DNA of 64,000 bases, from assembly GCA_964484655.1 (NCBI GenBank), contig CAZAFA010000001.1, forward strand, positions 31,242 to 95,241, read 5' to 3'. This document shows positions 28,274 through 37,391 of this stretch, piece after piece. Position 1 is the stretch's first letter; every line of letters begins with the position of its first letter. The position numbers and the translations under genes are program-made. The notes under the pieces were generated by a model. That model saw only the letters and a list, made by a program, of their open reading frames with translations, was not told the DNA's origin and ran no database searches. Source of the stretch: an uncultured Candidatus Saccharibacteria bacterium. GTDB taxonomy: Bacteria > Patescibacteriota > Minisyncoccia > UBA6257 > 2-01-FULL-56-20.

Positions 28274-28434
28274 CGCAACGAGAGAGTCCGCCGCATGGCG
28301 GGCTCTTTTTGTCATGCCGAGGCATCGCGTGCTATACTTCTCCTTCGATTAGCGGAGGAGTCCGCGAAGGCGTAACCTTTGAGTAGAAAGGCCGTTTCCG
28401 TTTTCCCAAGGCCTTCACCAACCCCTCTTCCCTC

Positions 28435-30264
28435 ATGAGCAAGGAACGGACAAAGAAGCGGACCTCAATCTTCCTGGATACGCTCCGATACACCTTCCGC
28501 CTGTTCGGCATGGTGCGCAGCGAGATCCCGCTCTCGCTCGCGGTCGTGTTCGTGATGTCCGGGCTCGACGCACTCTGGCCGCTCGTCCGCGGCAAGTCGC
28601 AGGAATGGTTGATCGACGCGCTGACGGAGGCGGCGGGCTCGGGTGCCGTGACGCCGCACCTCGAGCTTGTTTTCGGCGTGTTCGCGTTGCTGACCATTTA
28701 CGCGGGCGTCGACGGCTACGTCATCAACTATTTCCGCACCGTGGTCTTCGAGCGCGTCACGGCCAAGACGGATCTCGTGCTGCGCGGCGCCATGGCCCGG
28801 CTCGATGTGGCGCACCTCGAGGATCCGGCCTTCATGGACACGGTGGACAAGGCGTCGGGACAGGGCATCGGCCGCGTCCGGCAGTTCCTGGACAACCAGA
28901 TGAACGTCCTCATCTTCGGCGTGACTGTGATCGCCTCCGCGCTCGCCATCGGGTACCAGAAGTGGTGGCTGCTCCCGGTCCTGGTGGTCGCCACGATTCC
29001 GGAGCTGGCAGTCCGCGGCCGTTTCGCGCGCGAGATCTGGGACCTCCGCACGCGTCAGGCCGAGGTCCAGCGCAAGCTCGGTTTCACCAAGGGCTTCTTC
29101 GGCGGCGTCGCGGGCCTCGTGGAGCTCAAGCTCAACGGCCTGGCGAGGTACATGCTCGACCGCATGCGCGACATGCTCGCGCTGCTGCTCCGCAACGAGC
29201 TGGAGTACACCGGCCGGCAGTCCCGCTCGCTCACGGTCGCCGGCCTGATCGGCTATCTCGGCGTCATCATCGCCCTTGCCGTGTTCGCGCTCGACGTGAT
29301 CAGCGGAGCCATCACGGTCGGCCGACTCGTATTCCTCCTCAGCACCATGGTGGCGTTCCGCGGCACGCTCGCGCAGCTCTTCCGCGCGCTCTCGGCGAAC
29401 TACGAGCATACGCTTTTCCTGCATGACGTCTTCGCCCTGCTCGATGCCGCCCCGCGCGTCCCGCGTCCCGAGCATCCGGTCTCGCTCTCGGGAGACGAGG
29501 TGCCCGAGGTCCGCTTCGAGCAGGTGGGCTTCACTTATCCGGGCAGCGCGAAGCCCGTACTCGAGGACGTGAGCTTCGTCATCAGGCCGGGTGAGAAGGT
29601 CGCGCTCGTCGGCGTGAATGGGGCGGGCAAGACCACGGTCATCAAGCTGCTGTGCCGCTTCTACGACCCGACGTCGGGACGCATCACGGTAGGCGGGACC
29701 GACCTGCGCGAGATCGACCTCGAGTCGTGGTACCGGATGCTCGGAATCCTCTTCCAGGATTTCATCACGTACCGCTCCTTCTCCGTCCGCGAGGCGATCG
29801 GGATAGGGGACGTGAACCGGACCGATCCAGATGCGGTCGCGGGAGCCGCGCGTGCCGCAGAGGCGGACGCATTCATCGAGCGACTTCCCAACCAGTACGG
29901 CCAGATCCTGGGACGCATGTTCAAGGGAGGCACGGAGCTCTCCGGCGGCCAGCAGCAGAAGCTCGCGCTCGCGCGGGTCTTCTACCGCGACCCGGCGATC
30001 TGGGTGCTCGACGAGCCGACGGCGGCCATCGACGCGGAGGCGGAGGCGCATATCTTCGACCGCATCGAGCAGACGCTGGCGGGGAAGTCGGCCATCATCA
30101 TCAGCCACCGGTTCTCGACGGTCCGGAACGCAGACCGTATCCTCGTGCTCAAGGACGGGACGGTCGCGGAGCAGGGGACCCATGAGGAGCTCATGGCCGC
30201 GCCGAGCGACTACGCGCGCCTGTTCACCCTCCAGGCGCGCCGGTACCAGGGGTCGGAAAGCTAG
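28435..30264 (+). CDS. ABC transporter, fused permease/ATP-binding protein (type I exporter, MsbA-like)
   Basis: Six TM helices. Walker A GVNGAGKTT, signature LSGGQQQKLALAR, Walker B IWVLDEPTAAID. Confidence 0.85.
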   Translation: MSKERTKKRTSIFLDTLRYTFRLFGMVRSEIPLSLAVVFVMSGLDALWPLVRGKSQEWLIDALTEAAGSGAVTPHLELVFGVFALLTIYAGVDGYVINYFRTVVFERVTAKTDLVLRGAMARLDVAHLEDPAFMDTVDKASGQGIGRVRQFLDNQMNVLIFGVTVIASALAIGYQKWWLLPVLVVATIPELAVRGRFAREIWDLRTRQAEVQRKLGFTKGFFGGVAGLVELKLNGLARYMLDRMRDMLALLLRNELEYTGRQSRSLTVAGLIGYLGVIIALAVFALDVISGAITVGRLVFLLSTMVAFRGTLAQLFRALSANYEHTLFLHDVFALLDAAPRVPRPEHPVSLSGDEVPEVRFEQVGFTYPGSAKPVLEDVSFVIRPGEKVALVGVNGAGKTTVIKLLCRFYDPTSGRITVGGTDLREIDLESWYRMLGILFQDFITYRSFSVREAIGIGDVNRTDPDAVAGAARAAEADAFIERLPNQYGQILGRMFKGGTELSGGQQQKLALARVFYRDPAIWVLDEPTAAIDAEAEAHIFDRIEQTLAGKSAIIISHRFSTVRNADRILVLKDGTVAEQGTHEELMAAPSDYARLFTLQARRYQGSES

Positions 30265-30331
30265 CGTTTCCTGCCTCCTGGCCCGGTCCGTCATGCGCAT
30301 GTAACCTTAGGCAACCTCTCACGTCACACTA

Positions 30332-30832
30332 ATGAAGGAAAAGACCAGACAAGCCTTCCTCGCCGCTTACGACGAGCACGCGGACGCCCTCTACCGGCAC
30401 ATCTACTTCCGCCTGCTCGACAAGGGCCAGGCCGAGGAGCTCGTTCAGGAGACCTTCCTCAAGACGTGGCAGTACCTTGAAGCGGGAAACCCGATCGACA
30501 ACCTCCGCCCCTTCCTGTACCGGGTCGCGACCAACCTGATCATCGACTACGTACGGAAGAAGAAGGAGGCCTCGCTCGACGCCGTGCTCGAGGCGAACCC
30601 GCTGGCCGAGCCGGCAGGGACCGACGAGCGCGACGTGGAGCGCCAGGCGCTCCTCCGGGCGGTCAAGGACGCGTTCAGCATCCTCTCGCAGGACGACCGC
30701 GACCTCGTGACCATGCGGTACGTCGACGACATGGACCCGCGCGAGATCGCGCAGATCCTCGATATCACGCCAAACCACGTCTCCGTGAAACTCAACCGCG
30801 CCGTCGCCAAGCTCAAGCAGCATCTCACCTGA
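30332..30832 (+). CDS. RNA polymerase sigma factor, ECF subfamily
   Basis: 166 aa. Region 2 (ELVQETFLKTWQ) and region 4 (EIAQILDITPNHVSVKLNRA) are sigma-70 ECF signatures. Confidence 0.8.
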   Translation: MKEKTRQAFLAAYDEHADALYRHIYFRLLDKGQAEELVQETFLKTWQYLEAGNPIDNLRPFLYRVATNLIIDYVRKKKEASLDAVLEANPLAEPAGTDERDVERQALLRAVKDAFSILSQDDRDLVTMRYVDDMDPREIAQILDITPNHVSVKLNRAVAKLKQHLT

Positions 30833-30836
30833 ACCA

Positions 30837-31796
30837 ATGGACAAGCTCCGCTCAACCATCCACGAGGCCTCACGGGCCGTGCATCTCGACCCTCACGTGA
30901 AGGACGGCTTCCGCCGCACCCTCGAGGCGCTCACCGAGACGCCCGCAGTCGCCGCTGCGCCGGCGAGCTTCCGCCTGCCGCGCGCGCTGGCCTGGTCGCT
31001 CGCGGCGTTCGTCGTCGCGAGCACCGGCGCGACCGCGACGTACGCGAGCACGCGCGCGCTGCCCGGCGACGCGCTCTACGCCATGAAGATCGCCGTGGTC
31101 GAGCCGGCCGAGTCCGCGCTCGCGTTCTCCGCAGACGCCAAGGCCGAGGTCGCAGTCGCTCATCTCGAGCGCCGCTTCCAGGAGGCCGCGGCGCTCTCCG
31201 CGCAGGGGACGCTCGACGAGCACGACGAGAGCCTCGCGGAGCTCGCGGCGCGCGACGTCGCCGCCGTGGACCGCGACGACCAGCCGGTAGCCCGGGCCCG
31301 CTTCGAGGCGCTCGCGGCCGCGTACGGCCCTTCGCTGAGCCTGAGTAACAAGACCAAGTCCCGCTTCGCGGTGGCGGTCAGGATCGAGAGCGAGGACGAG
31401 GTCCCGGTTCCCGACTACGTGGCCAAGGCGACGGCCGAGGAGCAGATCGCGATCGCGAAGCAGAAGGGGGACGCCGCGAAGAAGGGCAAGGTTTCGGCCG
31501 CGGTCTCGCTTCGCCTGAAGACCGCAGGCCGGCTCTCCGAGGCCGCGGAGGACCAGCTCGAGAAGGGCTCGTACCAGTCCGCGCTCAAGCTCTCCGGAGC
31601 CGCGGCGCAGGCGGCGCTCGAGGCGCAGCTCTTCTCCCAGGTCTCCTCGAGCACCACGTCGACGGCAGCTACCTCGACGGCGACCACCACCGCGTCCTCG
31701 ACGACCGGCGGCTCCGGCAACGGGGGCGGGAGCTCCAACGCTGGCGGCGGCGCCGGAGGCGGCGTCGGCTCCGTGCTTCGCGGCCTCCTTCACTAG
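30837..31796 (+). CDS. Putative anti-sigma factor (membrane-anchored, DUF5667-like, Gly/Ser/Thr-rich tail)
   Basis: It overlaps the sigma gene stop by 4 nt. Short cytoplasmic N-terminus, one TM, and an extracytoplasmic LPGDALYAMK domain. Confidence 0.5.
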   Translation: MDKLRSTIHEASRAVHLDPHVKDGFRRTLEALTETPAVAAAPASFRLPRALAWSLAAFVVASTGATATYASTRALPGDALYAMKIAVVEPAESALAFSADAKAEVAVAHLERRFQEAAALSAQGTLDEHDESLAELAARDVAAVDRDDQPVARARFEALAAAYGPSLSLSNKTKSRFAVAVRIESEDEVPVPDYVAKATAEEQIAIAKQKGDAAKKGKVSAAVSLRLKTAGRLSEAAEDQLEKGSYQSALKLSGAAAQAALEAQLFSQVSSSTTSTAATSTATTTASSTTGGSGNGGGSSNAGGGAGGGVGSVLRGLLH

Positions 31797-31906
31797 GAAC
31801 GGCATCGCGGGTATCCTGAGCTCATGCAGCCGCGCCCGCTGGCCACGGTCCTGGTCATCTTCCTCATCCTCGCCTTCCTGGCGCCGCTCCTCCTGCTGGC
31901 ATTCTC

Positions 31907-32539
31907 ATGAGCCTGCTTCACGCGGACCTGCCGCAGCTGATCCAGTGGCTCGGGTACGCCGGCGTCACGTTCATCGTCTTCGCCGAGTCCGGGTTGCTGA
32001 TAGGGTTCATGTTCCCGGGAGACAGCCTGCTGGTGACCGCAGGCCTCCTCGCGTCGCAGGGGTATTTCTCGTATCCGCTGCTCGCGGCGCTCGTCTTCGT
32101 GGCCGCGGTCGCGGGCGACGCGGTGGGCTACACCTTCGGTAGGCGCGTCGGCCGGAGGCTCTTCCGCAGGAAGGGCTCGCTCTTCTTCGATCCCGAGCAT
32201 CTCCGCCGCGCCGAGGAGTTCTACGAGCGGCACGGCGGCAAGGCCATCATCCTCGCGCGCTTCCTGCCGTTCGTGCGCACGTTCGCGCCGATCGTGGCGG
32301 GAATCGGGAAGATGAGCTATCCGCGCTTCGCGTTCTTCAACGTCATCGGGGCCATGCTCTGGGGCGTCGGCCTCTCGTTCCTCGGCTATGTGCTCGGCAA
32401 CACCGTCCCGGGCATCGACCGCTACATCCTGCCGCTGGTCCTCGGCATCATCGTCATCTCCGCCGCGCCGGTGTTCTGGCGCCTGCTCGCAGATCCGCAG
32501 GAGCGGGCGCGCATCTGGGGCCTGATCCGCCGTCGCTAG
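31907..32539 (+). CDS. DedA family (VTT domain) membrane protein
   Basis: FAESGLLIGFMFPGDSLL and ARFLPFVRTFAPIVAG motifs of the DedA/SNARE-associated family. Confidence 0.8.
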   Translation: MSLLHADLPQLIQWLGYAGVTFIVFAESGLLIGFMFPGDSLLVTAGLLASQGYFSYPLLAALVFVAAVAGDAVGYTFGRRVGRRLFRRKGSLFFDPEHLRRAEEFYERHGGKAIILARFLPFVRTFAPIVAGIGKMSYPRFAFFNVIGAMLWGVGLSFLGYVLGNTVPGIDRYILPLVLGIIVISAAPVFWRLLADPQERARIWGLIRRR

Positions 32540-32580
32540 TTGCCGGGAGGGGAGCGCTTCGGTACCATCTGGCGCGTACC

Positions 32581-32651
32581 GGGCCTGTAGTTAAGTGGTA
32601 TAACGCGGCATTCGCATTGCTGAGGCGGGAGTTCGATTCTCCCCAGGTCCA
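32581..32651 (+). tRNA. tRNA-Ala (anticodon CGC)
   Basis: gggcctg-ta-gtta...cggca-ttCGCat-tgctg...gggag-ttcgatt-ctccc-caggtcc-a. Has G:U pairs. No encoded CCA (followed by ccc). Confidence 0.7.
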
Positions 32652-32777
32652 CCCGACGTTGCTCGCTGCATCGAGGAGCGGCTGTACACAGGCGAGGAGG
32701 GCAGGCCTGATATACTTATTCCGAGGGGCGGTCCAGCGCGACCTCCCGGTCAACACTCAGAAATCCCTTCTATCCTT

Positions 32778-33461
32778 ATGTTCTTCACTTCACTCGCCGA
32801 CGGGCTGGCGAACTCCCTCGCGAGCCTCTGGCTGGGAATCGCGTCATTCCTCCCGAGCCTCTTCGGGGCGATCCTCATCCTCATCGTCGGCCTCATCGTG
32901 GCCGCAGCTCTCGGCTCGATCGTGGAGCGCGTCCTCGACGCACTCAAGATCGACCGCGCGCTCGGCCGCGCAGGCGTTGACACGCACGTGACCCGCGGCG
33001 GCCTCCGCCTCCGCGCCGCGTACCTCTGCGGACAGATCGTGCGCTGGTTCTTCATCGTCGTCTTCGTGCTCGCCGCGGCTGACACGCTCGGCATGTACGC
33101 CCTGACAGCGTTCCTCCGCGACGTGCTCGCGTACATCCCGAACGTCATCGTCGCCGCGCTCATCCTCGTGGCCTCGCTCGCGATCGCGAACATCCTCGCG
33201 CGCCTCGTCGCCGCCTCGACGACCGCAGCCCGCCTCTCCGGCGCCGGCGTCCTGAGCACGATCACCTGGTGGTCCATCGTGCTGTTCGGCATCTTCGCCG
33301 CGCTGCTGCAGCTGAACGTTGCCGCCGCGATCATCCAGACCCTCGTCACCGGCGTGATCGCGATGCTCGCGCTCGCCGGCGGCCTCGCCTTCGGCCTGGG
33401 CGGCCGCAGCTACGCCGAGCACCTGCTCGACAAGCTCCGCCGCCGCACGGAGGGCCAGTAG
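32778..33461 (+). CDS. Membrane protein with conserved TM-helix repeats (mechanosensitive-channel-like)
   Basis: 227 aa with four long hydrophobic helices. The pattern resembles the TM_helix (MscS-associated) family. Confidence 0.45.
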   Translation: MFFTSLADGLANSLASLWLGIASFLPSLFGAILILIVGLIVAAALGSIVERVLDALKIDRALGRAGVDTHVTRGGLRLRAAYLCGQIVRWFFIVVFVLAAADTLGMYALTAFLRDVLAYIPNVIVAALILVASLAIANILARLVAASTTAARLSGAGVLSTITWWSIVLFGIFAALLQLNVAAAIIQTLVTGVIAMLALAGGLAFGLGGRSYAEHLLDKLRRRTEGQ

Positions 33462-33586
33462 TCGGCTCCTCCGCCACGCAACGCGCCGCCTCGGGCGGCG
33501 CGTTGCGTTTGACGGCGTGCCGCTCGCTGGCGCACTCTTTATGCAGCGGATTCGTCCGTTGATATCAGATGAAGGAGGTGACGGCT

Positions 33587-34135
33587 ATGATCCGTCCACT
33601 GCTCGCGTGCATCGCGCTCTGCATTGGAGCGCAGCACTCATGGGCTTTCTGCCCGACGCCGGATTCCTACGGAACCGACGAGAACCCGCCGACGGTGTCG
33701 CTCGCCGCCACCGAACGGTCCAATGCGTTCGCGATCGTCGTGCGCACGGACAAGCCGGTCTGCCTGGTCACGCTCGAGGTGGTGACGCAAGGGTCGCGCT
33801 CGCCCTTCGCGCTCCTCTCCGGCGCCCCGACCGAGACGTCGAACGCGCGCGCCCGGACCGTTGCCGGCATATCCCGGTACTCGTTCCTGGTGCTTTCCTG
33901 GCTGCCCGCCGGCGAGACCCGTTACCAGCTCTGGTTCGGCAACGGGCAGACGTACGTCGCCCTGGACGGCCAGCAGCTTCTCTGGAAGCGCGAGGGGAGC
34001 CTCGCCCTTCCGGCGAAGCTCGCTGGCGGCACCTGGGGCGTACTCCAGACTCCCGTGCGCCGGAAGGCCACGAAGTCCAGGAACAAGCCCGCGCAGGCCA
34101 CCAAAGCGACGAAAGCCAAGAAACGACGCCCCTGA
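33587..34135 (+). CDS. Hypothetical secreted protein with Lys-rich C-terminus
   Basis: Signal peptide MIRPLLACIALCIGAQHSWA. No domain. Confidence 0.35.
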   Translation: MIRPLLACIALCIGAQHSWAFCPTPDSYGTDENPPTVSLAATERSNAFAIVVRTDKPVCLVTLEVVTQGSRSPFALLSGAPTETSNARARTVAGISRYSFLVLSWLPAGETRYQLWFGNGQTYVALDGQQLLWKREGSLALPAKLAGGTWGVLQTPVRRKATKSRNKPAQATKATKAKKRRP

Positions 34136-34247
34136 CCGGGCGTCGTTCGCGTAATGCGAGGCGGCGCGGCCCGTCATATATCACGTGGACCCGTCCTCGG
34201 GATCAGTCCCCCGAGGCTCTCCACAGCATCCAGCGCTAATCGAGTCC

Positions 34248-34499
34248 ATGAAGCATTTTCTCGTATCTCTACTCGCTGCGCTCGGCATCGTGGCACTTCC
34301 GGTGCTCGCTGCAGCGGCGACGTACAAGTATGTCGATTGCACGGGCAACGTGCGCATGGTGAACGCGGACAACGAGATGGCCGCGCTCGCACTTGCGCCC
34401 GATATCGCCATCAACTCCGGCGTCATCCTCGCTGATGCCGCGGAGGAGATTCCGGTAGGTACGGACGTCTCTGGCGTGCCTGCGGTCTGCGTGCGATAG
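34248..34499 (+). CDS. Hypothetical small secreted protein (83 aa)
   Basis: Signal peptide MKHFLVSLLAALGIVALPVLAAA with two Cys. Followed by a terminator. Confidence 0.3.
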   Translation: MKHFLVSLLAALGIVALPVLAAAATYKYVDCTGNVRMVNADNEMAALALAPDIAINSGVILADAAEEIPVGTDVSGVPAVCVR

Positions 34500-34518
34500 C
34501 ATCCAGGCCCGACATACG

Positions 34519-34552
34519 AAAGGACCCCGCTTGGTGCGGGGTCCTTTCGTTA
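34519..34552 (+). terminator. Rho-independent terminator
   Basis: aaaggaccccgc-ttgg-tgcggggtcctttcgtt. Confidence 0.5.
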
Positions 34553-34911
34553 GGCGGCGTCCTGGTAAGCGGGATTCTGTCGCGCGAGCGCGGGCAGCAA
34601 TCTGTCTGGGATCATCGTCGCCGATGACCTCAAGCGGCACTCCGGCTTGCGCCGGCACGGCCTTGCACCCGGTAAGGATTTAGCCGTTTCACCCCGGCGG
34701 TCTCCCGCCGGACTGTCCCCGAGGGGACCCGGAGGCATTTCTGCTCCGGCGTCTCTGTTCGCACCTCTCGCGTTGCCGCGGCGGGCCGTTAGCCCGTACC
34801 TTTTTGACTCGATGAAGAGTGGGTGTCCCGACTTTCCTCTGGAGCGGAACTCCAGCTGCTGCCTCGGACGCCGCGCTGGCAGTCTGTCAGCTTTGGCTCG
34901 CGATGCAAGGC

Positions 34912-35406
34912 TCAGGCCTTCTCCTCCAGGTCGTTGCGGAGCGCGTGATTGCTCAGGCCGGTCACGCGCAGCAGGTAGATCGTCAGCGACATGAGGAGCG
35001 CCGCGAGCGTCGCGAACTGCCAGAGGCCGAGGCCCGCGAGGATGCCGATGCCGGCGGTGCTCCAGATGAGCGCCGCGGTGGTGAGGCCCTGCACATGGTG
35101 GTTCTCCTTCATGATGATGCCGCCGCCGATGAAGCCGATGCCGACGACGATGTTGGCGATGAGGTTGAAGGCCGTCGACTCAGCCGCGAAGTTCGCAGCG
35201 GCCGCGGCGGAGTCGGTCATGAGGTAGGGGATGGAGATCGCGACGAGCGTGAACAGACACGCGCCGCCGGCCACGAGCATGGACGTCTTGATGCCCGCGT
35301 CCTTGCGGATGACCTCGCGCTCGAAGCCCATGACGACGCCGAGCGCGAGCGCCACCATGAGGCGCACCAGCATTTGCGAGACCGTGAGCAGTTCCATAGA
35401 CTGCAT
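34912..35406 (-). CDS. mgtC: MgtC/SapB family membrane protein
   Basis: VALALGVVMGFEREVIRKDAGIKT and GLTTAALIWSTAGIGILAGLG are MgtC-family signatures. The rest of the 683-aa track ORF (to 36963) is antisense to aspS and rejected. Confidence 0.6.
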   Translation of the reverse strand: MQSMELLTVSQMLVRLMVALALGVVMGFEREVIRKDAGIKTSMLVAGGACLFTLVAISIPYLMTDSAAAAANFAAESTAFNLIANIVVGIGFIGGGIIMKENHHVQGLTTAALIWSTAGIGILAGLGLWQFATLAALLMSLTIYLLRVTGLSNHALRNDLEEKA

Positions 35407-35418
35407 TGTACCAAAGGC

Positions 35419-36807
35419 ATGCGCACGCTCATAAAGGCTGCTCCCGGCAAGGTGGGCGAGGACGTGCTCCTCCAGGGCTGGGTGGATACCCGGCGGGACC
35501 ACGGCAAGGTCTCCTTCATCGACCTCCGGGACCGCACGGGCATCGTGCAGGTCGTGCTCACGCCCGACATCGCGGGCGCGGACGAGCTCCGGACGGAGAG
35601 CGCCGTGGAGATCCAGGGGCACGTGAAGGCCCGTCCGGAGAAGCTCGTCAACGACAAGATGCCGGACCGCCTCGGCACGATCGAGATCGAGGCGCGTGCG
35701 GTGCGCGTCCTCGGTCCAGCCGAGGTCATGCCGATCGCCGTCACCACGGACGGCTACGAGATCGGCGAGGAGAGCAGGATGAAGTTCCGCTACCTCGACC
35801 TGCGCCGTCCGCGCCTGCAGCGGAACCTGCGCATGCGCCACGCGGTCATCAAGGGCATCCGCGACTTCCTCAGCGAGCGCGACTTCATCGAGGTGGAGAC
35901 GCCGAATCTCACGAACCCCACGCCGGAGGGCGCGCGCGACTACCTCGTGCCGAGCCGCCTGCAGCCCGGCTCCTTCTACGCGCTGCCGCAGTCCCCGCAA
36001 CAGTTCAAGCAGCTCCTCATGGTCGCCGGGCTCGAGCGCTACTTCCAGATCGCGCGCTGCTTCCGCGACGAGGACACGCGCGGCGACCGCCAGGCCGAGT
36101 TCACGCAGCTCGACCTCGAGATGAGCTTCGTCGACCAGGAGGACGTCATGAACCTCAACGAGGCGCTCCTGATCCATCTCGTCGAGACGCTCTTCCCCGA
36201 GAAGCGCATCCAGGAGACCCCGTTTCCGCGCCTGACCTACGCCGAAGCGATGGACCAGTACGGCTCGGACCGTCCGGACCTGCGCACGGACAAGAGCGAC
36301 CCGGACCTGCTCGCGTTCTGCTGGATCGTGGACTTCCCGATGTTCGAGAAGGACGACGCGGGCGGCTGGACCTTCACGCATAACCCGTTCTCTGCCGCGC
36401 AGCCCGCGTACCAGCAGAACCTCGCCAACGGCGCCGACGTCGGGCAGATCCTCGCCGCGCAGTACGACGTGGTGCTCAACGGCTACGAGATCGGCGGCGG
36501 CAGCGTCCGTAACCACAAGCCGGAGCTCCTCCGTGCCGTCCTGCGCATCATGGGCTACGAGGACGAGCGCATCGACGCCGACTTCGGCCACATGCTCGAG
36601 GCGCTCGGGTACGGCGCGCCGCCGCACGGCGGCATCGCGTGGGGCCTGGACCGCCTCGTCATGCTCCTGCTCGGCGAGCCGAACATCCGCGAGGTCATGG
36701 CGTTCCCGAAGACGGGGGACGGCCGCGACCTCATGGCCGGCGCTCCGGTCCCGGTGCCGAAGGAGCGCCTCGACGACCTCGGCCTCAAGCTCGTGGACAA
36801 GAAGTAG
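35419..36807 (+). CDS. aspS: Aspartyl-tRNA synthetase (probably non-discriminating)
   Basis: Class II aaRS motifs FRDEDTR and GGGSVRNH, an OB-fold N-terminus, and the C-terminal GLDRLVMLL. gatCA is present in the window. Confidence 0.85.
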   Translation: MRTLIKAAPGKVGEDVLLQGWVDTRRDHGKVSFIDLRDRTGIVQVVLTPDIAGADELRTESAVEIQGHVKARPEKLVNDKMPDRLGTIEIEARAVRVLGPAEVMPIAVTTDGYEIGEESRMKFRYLDLRRPRLQRNLRMRHAVIKGIRDFLSERDFIEVETPNLTNPTPEGARDYLVPSRLQPGSFYALPQSPQQFKQLLMVAGLERYFQIARCFRDEDTRGDRQAEFTQLDLEMSFVDQEDVMNLNEALLIHLVETLFPEKRIQETPFPRLTYAEAMDQYGSDRPDLRTDKSDPDLLAFCWIVDFPMFEKDDAGGWTFTHNPFSAAQPAYQQNLANGADVGQILAAQYDVVLNGYEIGGGSVRNHKPELLRAVLRIMGYEDERIDADFGHMLEALGYGAPPHGGIAWGLDRLVMLLLGEPNIREVMAFPKTGDGRDLMAGAPVPVPKERLDDLGLKLVDKK

Positions 36808-37344
36808 ATGCTCCGGTTCGTCACCGGCAACCGCAACAAGCTCGAGGAGGCGCGCAGCGTCATCCCGGACCTCGAGCAGCTCGACCTGGACCTGCCCGAG
36901 ATCCAGGAGGTCGACCCGCAGGCGGTGATCGAGGCGAAGCTCCAGGCTGCGCTCGCGCAGCACCAGGCCGGAATCGTCGTCGAGGACACGTCGCTGTTTG
37001 TCGACTCGCTGAAGGGCTTGCCCGGGCCCTTGATCAAGTGGTTCGAGAAGACCGTCGGGTACGACGGTCTCGCGCGCATGGCCGCAGCCTCCGGCGACGC
37101 CGCTGCAGAGGCGCGCGTCACGCTCGGTTACGCCGATGAGTCAGGCAACATCTCGTACTTCTCGGGTTCGATTCGCGGCACGATCGTGCCGTCGCGCGGC
37201 GAGGGCTTCGGCTGGGACGTCATCTTCCAGCCCGAAGGGGAGACCCGCACCTTCGCCGAGATGCCTATCGAGGAGAAGAACGCTATGAGCATGCGGAAGA
37301 TCGCATTCGAGAAGCTGAAGGAGGCATTGGGTAGACGGAGCTGA
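36808..37344 (+). CDS. rdgB: Non-canonical purine NTP pyrophosphatase (RdgB/Ham1)
   Basis: FVTGNRNKLEEA N-terminal motif. The gene is translationally coupled to aspS (tagATG). Confidence 0.8.
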   Translation: MLRFVTGNRNKLEEARSVIPDLEQLDLDLPEIQEVDPQAVIEAKLQAALAQHQAGIVVEDTSLFVDSLKGLPGPLIKWFEKTVGYDGLARMAAASGDAAAEARVTLGYADESGNISYFSGSIRGTIVPSRGEGFGWDVIFQPEGETRTFAEMPIEEKNAMSMRKIAFEKLKEALGRRS

Positions 37345-37391
37345 CAATCTTGGGTCGTCCGCTATACTCGCTAGGCTCAATAACGAAAACT

